Below are positions 20,237 through 27,352 of a DNA stretch of 64,000 nt, in pieces. Origin of the DNA: Gammaproteobacteria bacterium AqS3 (GTDB lineage: Bacteria > Pseudomonadota > Gammaproteobacteria > MEIF01 > AqS3). A program made the position numbers and the translations under genes. The stretch lies in NCBI GenBank assembly GCA_001750645.1, contig MEIF01000004.1, forward strand, positions 1,455 through 65,454. Reading direction: 5' to 3'. Below the pieces are notes generated by a model that saw only the letters and a program-made list of their open reading frames with translations, did not search any database and was not told the origin of the DNA. Every line of letters begins with the position of its first letter. The first letter of the stretch is position 1.

Positions 20237-21109
20237 TTGAGCTCACTGGCCCTGACGAATAACGCTTACCTGCCCAGCGCCCCCGGCGACAGTCTGCAGG
20301 CTTATCTGGATCGCATTCACGAGATTGAAATCCTCACGCCCGAGCAGGAGCGGGGGCTGGCCGAGGACTACCGCCAACACAACGACCTTGAAGCCGCCCG
20401 CCGTCTGGTGATGGCGCACCTGCGCTTCGTGGTGATGGTCAGCCGCAACTATCAGGGCTACGGGCTGCCGCTGATCGACCTCATCCAGGAGGGCAACATC
20501 GGGCTGATGAAGGCGGTCAAGCGCTTCGACCCCGACCGGGGGGTGCGGCTGATGACCTTCGCCGTGCACTGGATCCGCGCCGAGATCCACGAGTTCATCC
20601 TGCGCAACTGGCGCATCGTCAAGATCGGCACCACCAAGGCGCAGCGCAAGCTCTTCTTCAACCTGCGCAGCATGAAAAAGCGCCTGGCCCGGCTGACCGG
20701 CGAGGAGGCCCGGGAAATCGCCGAGGACCTCGATGTCCCGGTCGGCGAGGTGCTCAAGATGGATCACCGCATGAGCGCCCACGATGTGTCCATTGACGTC
20801 GAGCCGGACGACGAAAGCGAAAACGCCACTCCGGCCTTCCAGCTGGCCTCCTCGGTGCCCACGCCCGAGGAGGAGCTGATCGCCTCCGAGGGTGACGGCG
20901 GGCGGCTGGAGCAGATGCGCAGCGCCCTGAAGAACCTCGACGAGCGCAGCAGGGACATCCTGATGCGCCGCCGCATGAGCGAGACCAAGACCTCGCTGCA
21001 GGAGCTGGCCGCCGAATACGGCATCTCCGCCGAGCGGGTGCGCCAGATCGAGAGCCGCGCCATTGACCGGCTGCGCAGCGAGCTGGCGCCGGCGGCGCTC
21101 CAGCAGTAG
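20237..21109 (+). CDS. rpoH: RNA polymerase sigma-32 factor
   Basis: DLIQEGNIGLMKAV, AVHWIRAEIHEFILRNWRIVKI, RpoH box TTKAQRKLFFNLR, SAERVRQIE. Confidence 0.95.
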   Translation: MSSLALTNNAYLPSAPGDSLQAYLDRIHEIEILTPEQERGLAEDYRQHNDLEAARRLVMAHLRFVVMVSRNYQGYGLPLIDLIQEGNIGLMKAVKRFDPDRGVRLMTFAVHWIRAEIHEFILRNWRIVKIGTTKAQRKLFFNLRSMKKRLARLTGEEAREIAEDLDVPVGEVLKMDHRMSAHDVSIDVEPDDESENATPAFQLASSVPTPEEELIASEGDGGRLEQMRSALKNLDERSRDILMRRRMSETKTSLQELAAEYGISAERVRQIESRAIDRLRSELAPAALQQ

Positions 21110-21164
21110 CGCCCATCCCGACCCGCAGCGCCGTTCCCACCCTCGATGCCGGGATGCTGAGCCG

Positions 21165-21827
21165 GTGAGCCTGAAGATCTCCAAGACCGCGCAATACGCC
21201 CTGATGATCGCAGCCTTTGTGCTGGGCGTGATGGCGCTGACGGTCTGGCGCATGCAGCAGTTTCAGGTGCTGAACTCCGAGGAATTGCGCGACTACGGAG
21301 TCGTTCTGGTGCCCGAGCACCGCAGCGTGCGCCCGTTTGAGCTGCTCGACCACAGCGGGGAGCCGTTCACGCAGGACTCATTCAGGGGCGCCTGGACGCT
21401 GGTGTTCTTCGGCTTCACCCACTGCCCGGATATATGCCCGCTGGCGCTGGGGTCGCTGGCCGTGAAATGGGACGAGGTCCAGCAGGGCATCGGGGCGGAT
21501 CAGACCCTGCGCGCCGCCATGGTCACCGTAGACCCCGGGCGCGACACGGTCGAGCGCCTCGCCGGCTACGTCCCGGCCTTCAACCCCGACTTCACCGGCA
21601 TCACCGGCGACATCGCGACCATCTACAATCTCTCGGTCGACCTGGCCTCGCCCTTCATGCCGGTCGCCCCCGAGGACGCCGTCGGCCGCTACAACGTCGA
21701 GCACGCCATCCACTACTCCATCGTCAACCCCTGCGGCCACTACGTCGGCTTCCTGCGCAACCCCGTCGATGTCAAGACCCTGCCGCGGGCGATGGCCTCG
21801 CTGGTGCACCAGCCGAGGGGCTGCTAG
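21165..21827 (+). CDS. SCO1/SenC family copper chaperone
   Basis: N-terminal TM, FFGFTHCPDICP, TVDPGRDT, conserved His in YNVEH. Confidence 0.9.
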   Translation: MSLKISKTAQYALMIAAFVLGVMALTVWRMQQFQVLNSEELRDYGVVLVPEHRSVRPFELLDHSGEPFTQDSFRGAWTLVFFGFTHCPDICPLALGSLAVKWDEVQQGIGADQTLRAAMVTVDPGRDTVERLAGYVPAFNPDFTGITGDIATIYNLSVDLASPFMPVAPEDAVGRYNVEHAIHYSIVNPCGHYVGFLRNPVDVKTLPRAMASLVHQPRGC

Positions 21828-21833
21828 AGCGCC

Positions 21834-22325
21834 GTGGCCAGGCAGTCCGCCGGAATGTGGCTGCTCGGCTGGATCCTGATCATCGCCGCCCTGACGTTCT
21901 ACTTCAGCAGCCAGGAGGAGCGCACCGTGGTGCAGTACTCGCCCGAGGGCGACATCGAGGTCGTCATTCCGCGGCGCTTCGGGCACTATGAGATCGACGG
22001 GGAGATCAACGGGGTCGTCGCCAGCATGATGGTCGACACCGGGGCGACGAGCATCTCCATCCCCGAGGCGCTGGCCGATCAGATGAACCTGGAGCGCGGC
22101 AGGGAGATCGTCGCCCTGACAGCCGGCGGCCCCATCGCGGTCTACCAGACGCGCATCGACCGCCTCAGGCTGGGCGAGATCGTGCTCTACGACGTGCGCG
22201 CGACCATCAACCCCGAGCCCGACGTGAACTCCGTGCTGCTGGGCATGTCGGCGCTGGCGGCGCTGGAGTTCGAGCAGAGAGGCAACACCCTCGTGCTGCG
22301 CCAGCGGGGGCGCCCGAAGGGCTGA
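21834..22325 (+). CDS. Clan AA (retropepsin-like, TIGR02281-type) aspartic protease
   Basis: N-terminal TM, GHY..G.ING, MVDTGATSI, LLGMSAL. Confidence 0.88.
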   Translation: MARQSAGMWLLGWILIIAALTFYFSSQEERTVVQYSPEGDIEVVIPRRFGHYEIDGEINGVVASMMVDTGATSISIPEALADQMNLERGREIVALTAGGPIAVYQTRIDRLRLGEIVLYDVRATINPEPDVNSVLLGMSALAALEFEQRGNTLVLRQRGRPKG

Positions 22326-22467
22326 GGCGGCGGCGGTTCGGCTCGGAGCAATCCGCAGAGACAGGGGGTTTTCGGAGGCCGAAAAGCGGGGGAGATTGAA
22401 ATGTGGTAGGCTCGCAAAACTTTCTGCTTTCGCAGAACCAGAGTCAGCTCGAAGGAGGACAGTCCAA

Positions 22468-22701
22468 ATGAGCAACCCCAGAAACCCGGCAGACGACGCC
22501 CCTGACAGGATCAGCAGTGATCCAAGAGGGCGCAATTCACAGTCTGCCGCCGCCGCCGAGGAGACCCCGGAGGAGCGCCAAGCCCGAATCAACGAATCTT
22601 TTGACCGCATGGACAGAAAGTGGCGCGTGATTGGGTTTGTCAACTGGAGCCTTACTCTTATCATGCTGGCTCTTTGGATTAAAGTCTTATTCTTCACCTA
22701 A
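22468..22701 (+). CDS. Small protein with C-terminal membrane anchor
   Basis: GGAGGA RBS before the ATG at 22468; polar N-terminus, short helix, hydrophobic C-terminus ending KVLFFT. Confidence 0.55.
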   Translation: MSNPRNPADDAPDRISSDPRGRNSQSAAAAEETPEERQARINESFDRMDRKWRVIGFVNWSLTLIMLALWIKVLFFT

Positions 22702-22836
22702 TCGGGTCGGCCTGGCATTAATTGATGCCTGCCGCCCGCAAAGACACGGGCCGTGATCCGGATCACAGTGTCAGGGCGGCGGTTCCGCTAGCATCACAAA
22801 ACTTTCAGCAAATCGGCCCGAGGAGGGTCAGCCCAA

Positions 22837-23142
22837 ATGAGCGATGAGCACAACCCCAAAGACGACACGCTTCACCGAGACGGCAGCGATCTGGCAGAGC
22901 ACAGGTCACAGCACACCGAAGACAGGCGTGCCTCGGACGGGAGGATGGATGCCCTGCAGAGGGACATGGCAGACCTGAGGGTCAGCCAGGCAAGGTTGGA
23001 GGCCAAGGCGGAGGAGCTGGAAAAGAATATGGACAGGGTGCACTCCAGATTGGACAGGATGGAGAACATGATCATGATTCCCCTGTGGAGCGCTGTTTTG
23101 AGCGTCATCGGCCTTCTGATCAGGATGACCTTTTTCGGCTGA
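22837..23142 (+). CDS. Small coiled-coil protein with C-terminal membrane anchor
   Basis: GGAGG RBS; heptad pattern MDALQRDMADLRVSQARLEAKAEELEKNMDRVHSRLDRME; TM segment ending RMTFFG. Confidence 0.65.
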   Translation: MSDEHNPKDDTLHRDGSDLAEHRSQHTEDRRASDGRMDALQRDMADLRVSQARLEAKAEELEKNMDRVHSRLDRMENMIMIPLWSAVLSVIGLLIRMTFFG

Positions 23143-23220
23143 TCGGGCCGGCCTGGCAGCCTCTCCCTTCGATAATTCGCACCCGCATCGGCGGCGGGCG
23201 TCGCCCGCCCAGAGGGACTG

Positions 23221-24675
23221 TCAGGACTGCGGGTCGCCGCCGGGCTGATCCAGCCGCTCTCGCATCAGGCGGTTGACGGTCTTGGCATCGGCGGTTCCGC
23301 CGGTGGCCTGCATGACCTGGCCGATCAGATACCCCAGCACTTTGGTGCGCCCCGCCCGGTACTGCTCGACCTGTCCGGGGTTGCCGGCGATGACGGCCTC
23401 GACGGCGTCCTTCAGGGCGTCGCTGTCGGTGAGCGCCCGCAGCCCGAGTCGGTCGATGCGCTCATCGACCGAGCCCGGCTCGCTCCAGAGCGACTCGAAT
23501 ATTTTCTTGGCGGCGCTGGAGCTGATGCCGCCCTGGACCAGGGTGCGCAGCAGCTCGCCCAGGGTCTCGGCCGGCATCGGGCAGCGCTCCAGCTCGAGGC
23601 CGTCCCGGTGCAGCGCCCCGGTCAGCGCCCCGGCCATCCAGTTGCCCGCCAGGGCGGCGTCGCCGCACAGGGTGCGCACGCGGTCAAAGTAGTCCATCGA
23701 ATGCACGTCTGCGGCGACCTGCCGGGCGACCTGGTCGGTCAGGCCGAACTCCTCCTCGTAGCGGCGGATGACCTCGTCCTGCGGCGCCGGCATCCCGCTG
23801 CGCAGCTCCTCGAGCCAGTCGTCATCGACGTATACCGGCAGCAGGTCGGGGTCGGGGAAGTAGCGGTAGTCGCTCTCGGTGTCCTTTTCGCGCATGGGCT
23901 GGACGATGTCCCGGTCGGGGTCGAACAGCAGCGTCTGCGGCGCCACCTCGCCCCCGGATTTGAGTATCCGGAGCTGCCGTGCAGCCTCGATCTCGATGGC
24001 ACGGCCGATGAAGCGGAAGGAGTTGATGTTCTTCAGCTCGGTGCGCGTCCCCAGCGGCGCCTCGGGATCGGGGCGCACCGAGACGTTGGCGTCGCAGCGC
24101 AGCTCGCCGCGCGACAGGTTGCCGCTGCAGATGCCCAGGTAGCGAACGATGCGGTGCAGCGCGCGCGCGTAGGCGACGGCCTCCTCGGGGCTGTGCATGT
24201 CGGGCTCCGAGACGACCTCGATCAGCGGGACGCCGGCGCGGTTCAGATCGACGGCGCTGCGCTCGGCAAAGACGTCGTGCACCAGCCGGCCGGCGTCCTC
24301 CTCCAGGTGGGCGTGGTTGATGCGCACGCTGAGCGTGCCGCCGTCGGGCATCGGCACCTCGACCGTCCCGGCGCCGAACACCGGCTCCTGCAGCTGGCTG
24401 ATCTGGTAGTTCTTGGGCAGGTCGGGGTAGAAGTAGTTCTTGCGCACGAACACGGAGGTGCGGTTGATCTCGGCGCCCAGCGCCAGCCCCAGCTGCACCG
24501 CCATGCCGACGGCCTCCCGGTTGATCACCGGCAGCGTCCCGGGCAGGGCGCTGTCGACCTCGCCGGCCCGGCTGTTGGGGGCGCCGCCAAAGGCGTTGGG
24601 GCTGCCGCAGAACAGCTTGCTGCGGGTGTGCAGCTGGATGTGCAGCTCCAGGCCGATGACGGTCTGCCAGCTCAC
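23221..24675 (-). CDS. gatB: Asp/Glu-tRNA amidotransferase subunit B
   Basis: VIGLELHIQL, RKNYFYPDLPKNYQISQ, HLEEDAG, RCDANVSVR, YRYFPDPDL. The GTG start overlaps the gatA stop. Confidence 0.97.
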   Translation of the reverse strand: MSWQTVIGLELHIQLHTRSKLFCGSPNAFGGAPNSRAGEVDSALPGTLPVINREAVGMAVQLGLALGAEINRTSVFVRKNYFYPDLPKNYQISQLQEPVFGAGTVEVPMPDGGTLSVRINHAHLEEDAGRLVHDVFAERSAVDLNRAGVPLIEVVSEPDMHSPEEAVAYARALHRIVRYLGICSGNLSRGELRCDANVSVRPDPEAPLGTRTELKNINSFRFIGRAIEIEAARQLRILKSGGEVAPQTLLFDPDRDIVQPMREKDTESDYRYFPDPDLLPVYVDDDWLEELRSGMPAPQDEVIRRYEEEFGLTDQVARQVAADVHSMDYFDRVRTLCGDAALAGNWMAGALTGALHRDGLELERCPMPAETLGELLRTLVQGGISSSAAKKIFESLWSEPGSVDERIDRLGLRALTDSDALKDAVEAVIAGNPGQVEQYRAGRTKVLGYLIGQVMQATGGTADAKTVNRLMRERLDQPGGDPQS

Positions 24676-26138
24676 GCCCCGTCTCCGCTGAATCCCGGCG
24701 GGGTGCGCAGGTGCCAGTCGGTGTGCTGCTGGTAGCGGTGGGCGAGGCTGAGGATGCGACCCTCCTCGAGCGCGCGGCCGATCAGCTGCACCCCCACCGG
24801 AAGGCCGTCGACAAACCCGACCGGCATCGACAGCCCGGGCAGCCCGGCGAGGTTGGCGCCGACGGTGTAGAGGTCCTCGAGGTAGAGGTCGGTCGGGTCG
24901 TCGGTGAGCTTTTCGCCGAGGCGGAAGGCCGGGGCGCGCACCGTCGGGGTCAGGATGACATCGCACCGGGTGAAGGCGCTCTGATAGTCCCGCAGCACCA
25001 GCCGGCGGCACTTCTGCGCCTGCAGGTAGTAGGCGTCGTAGAACCCGCGCGCCAGGACGTGCGCCCCGACCATGATGCGCCTGCGCACCTCCTCGCCAAA
25101 GCCCTCGCTGCGCGAGCGCCGGTAGAGATCCTGCAGGTCGGCGGGGTTCTCGCAGCGGTGCCCGTAGTGGACGCCGTCGTAGCGGGCCAGGTTGGCCGAG
25201 GCCTCGGCCGGGGCGATGACGTAGTAGATCGCAATGCCCAGGTCGGCGTTGGGCAGCTGCACCGAAACCGTCTCGGCTCCGAGCGAGCGCAGCTGCTCAA
25301 TGCAGGCTTCCAGCAGCTCGCGGTAGGCCGGGGCGATGGCGTGGCCATCGCCGAAGTCGGGCAGGCCGATGCGCACGCCCTCCAGCGGCGTCCGCAGCTC
25401 GGCGAGATAGTCGGGCACCGGGGCGTTGATGCAGGTGGCGTCGCGGGCATCGTGACCGGCAATGACCTGCAGCAGGGCGGCGGCGTCCTCGGCATTGCGC
25501 GTCAGCACCCCGCCCTGGTCGAGGCTGGAGGCGAACGCCACCATGCCGTAGCGCGACACCCGCCCGTAGGACGGCTTGATGCCCAGCAGGTTGCACAGTG
25601 CGGCGGGCTGGCGGATTGACCCGCCGGTGTCGGTTCCGGTCGCACCGGGCACGATGCCCGCCGCCACTGCGGCCGCCGAACCGCCGGAGGAGCCGCCCGG
25701 GCTGCACCGCAGGTCCCAGGGGTTGTGCACCGCGCCGTAGTAGCTGTTCTCATTGGACGAGCCCATGGCGAACTCGTCCATGTTGAGCTTGCCGATCACC
25801 GGCATGCGCGCGGCCTTGACGCGCTCGACGACGTGGGCGTCGTAGGGCGGGATGAAGTTGTCCAGCATGCGCGAGCCGCAGGTGGTGCGGATCCCCTCGG
25901 TGCAGAACAGGTCCTTGTGGGCCATGGGCACGCCGGCCAGCGGCCCCAGAGCGGCGCCGGCGGCGCGCTCGGCGTCGACGCTGCGGGCCTCGGCCAGGGC
26001 TTCGTCGGGGCACAGCGTCACGAAGGCGTTGAGATCGTCCTGGGCGGCTCTGGCGCGCGTCAGTGCGGCCTCGGTCAGCGCCTCCGAAGTGGTTTCGCCC
26101 TGCCGCAGGGAGCGGGCGAGCTGCATCAGGGTCTGCAC
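24672..26138 (-). CDS. gatA: Asp/Glu-tRNA amidotransferase subunit A
   Basis: KLNMDEFAMGSS, PGGSSGGSAAAVA, GTDTGGSIRQPA amidase signature. Confidence 0.97.
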   Translation of the reverse strand: MQTLMQLARSLRQGETTSEALTEAALTRARAAQDDLNAFVTLCPDEALAEARSVDAERAAGAALGPLAGVPMAHKDLFCTEGIRTTCGSRMLDNFIPPYDAHVVERVKAARMPVIGKLNMDEFAMGSSNENSYYGAVHNPWDLRCSPGGSSGGSAAAVAAGIVPGATGTDTGGSIRQPAALCNLLGIKPSYGRVSRYGMVAFASSLDQGGVLTRNAEDAAALLQVIAGHDARDATCINAPVPDYLAELRTPLEGVRIGLPDFGDGHAIAPAYRELLEACIEQLRSLGAETVSVQLPNADLGIAIYYVIAPAEASANLARYDGVHYGHRCENPADLQDLYRRSRSEGFGEEVRRRIMVGAHVLARGFYDAYYLQAQKCRRLVLRDYQSAFTRCDVILTPTVRAPAFRLGEKLTDDPTDLYLEDLYTVGANLAGLPGLSMPVGFVDGLPVGVQLIGRALEEGRILSLAHRYQQHTDWHLRTPPGFSGDGA

Positions 26139-26431
26139 TAGGGGATGACCTTGGGAACGGTGTAGAAGCCGTCCTCGGTTTCCGGGGCGCCGCCGTCCTG
26201 CATCCAGTCCCGCAGGCTGCGCGCAGGCTCGTCCGGGATGTCGCTGCGCAGCACGGTGTGGATTTCCAGCGGGTGCGCCAGCGGCTCCACACCCTCGGTG
26301 TCGGCCTGGACCACCTGGTCGATCATTTCCATGACCGATCCCAGTTTTTCCTCGATTCCGGTGCGCTCTTCCGGCTTGATGTTGAGGCGCATCAGCTGGG
26401 CCAGGTAGTCCAGATCAAAGGATGCACTCAT
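26138..26431 (-). CDS. gatC: Asp/Glu-tRNA amidotransferase subunit C
   Basis: YLAQLMRL, DTEGVEPLAHP, APETEDGFYTVPKVI; lies upstream of gatA. Confidence 0.9.
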   Translation of the reverse strand: MSASFDLDYLAQLMRLNIKPEERTGIEEKLGSVMEMIDQVVQADTEGVEPLAHPLEIHTVLRSDIPDEPARSLRDWMQDGGAPETEDGFYTVPKVIP

Positions 26432-26448
26432 CGGCCGGTTCGGGTGAG

Positions 26449-26466
26449 TAGAATGCGCCCATTCTA
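26449..26466. promoter_or_regulatory. Palindromic pair of -10-like hexamers between divergent genes
   Basis: TAGAATG-CGCC-CATTCTA places TAGAAT on both strands within the 60-bp gatC/cca-like gap. Confidence 0.5.
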
Positions 26467-26491
26467 TACAGGGTGTATCTGAAAGCCGCAG

Positions 26492-27352
26492 ATGTCCGCC
26501 CGCGCCGCAAAACAACTGATCGATGCCGCTCTGGGGGCTGCGCTCTGCTCCCGTCCGGGCGAAATAGACTACGACGAAACCGCCCAGCTGGTCGATATTC
26601 CCCAGCGGGATGGGGCGGCTGAAGTGGATCGGCAGACGATCCGGGCGGCGCTGATCGAAGCCCTGGATGCCGCACCGCACCGCTTTTTCGCACAGCTGCG
26701 CCGGGACGGTCTGCTGGGGCCGCTATTCCCCGAGATCGACGCAATGTTTGGCGTCCCCCAGCCGGAGCACCACCACCCCGAGATCGACACCGGCGTGCAC
26801 AGCCTGCTGGTGCTGGCCCAGGCCGAGCGGCTCAGCCGGCGCGCCTGCTGGCGTTTTGCGGCGCTGACGCACGATCTCGGCAAGGCGCGCACGCCGGCGT
26901 CCCTGCTGCCGCGTCATCACGGCCACGAGGCGCGCGGCATTGCCCCGCTGCGGGCGCTGGTCAATCGCTATTGCCTGCCGGTGTCCTGGGGGCGGTGTGC
27001 CGAGCTGGCCGTGTTGTGGCACACTCACTGCCACAAAAGTTTAGAACTGCGTCCTGCGACTTTGCTGAAACTGATTGAACGGCTTGGCGCTGAGCGCCAC
27101 CCCATGCGCCTTGAGGGGTTTCTGTCGGCCTGCGAGGCCGATGCCCGAGGTCGCCCGGGTTATGAGAATTGCGACTATCCCCAGGTTGAATATCTGCGCC
27201 GTGCGGCGAGCGCCGTGCGCGAAGTGCGCAGCCGCCACGAACCCTCCAACAGCACGCCCGTCAGGCGCATCCAGCGCTCTGAAATCCTGAGCGTGCTGCA
27301 GCGTCACCGCAGCGACCACGGGGTCGGTTCAATCGTGAGATCGGCGGCTTGA
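26492..27352 (+). CDS. HD-domain protein homologous to the C-terminal half of the multifunctional CCA enzyme (no nucleotidyltransferase head)
   Basis: PEIDAMFGVPQPEHHHPEIDTGVH, HDLGK, HHGHE and ACEADARGR are present. GGxVRD, DxD and RRD motifs are absent. Confidence 0.8.
   Translation: MSARAAKQLIDAALGAALCSRPGEIDYDETAQLVDIPQRDGAAEVDRQTIRAALIEALDAAPHRFFAQLRRDGLLGPLFPEIDAMFGVPQPEHHHPEIDTGVHSLLVLAQAERLSRRACWRFAALTHDLGKARTPASLLPRHHGHEARGIAPLRALVNRYCLPVSWGRCAELAVLWHTHCHKSLELRPATLLKLIERLGAERHPMRLEGFLSACEADARGRPGYENCDYPQVEYLRRAASAVREVRSRHEPSNSTPVRRIQRSEILSVLQRHRSDHGVGSIVRSAA

Noticed and set aside
22364-22378. GGGGGTTTTCGG motif, with an inverse copy near 29944, as a REP family
   Set aside because: Only two or three short GC-rich matches; not distinguishable from chance or terminator-like sequence.
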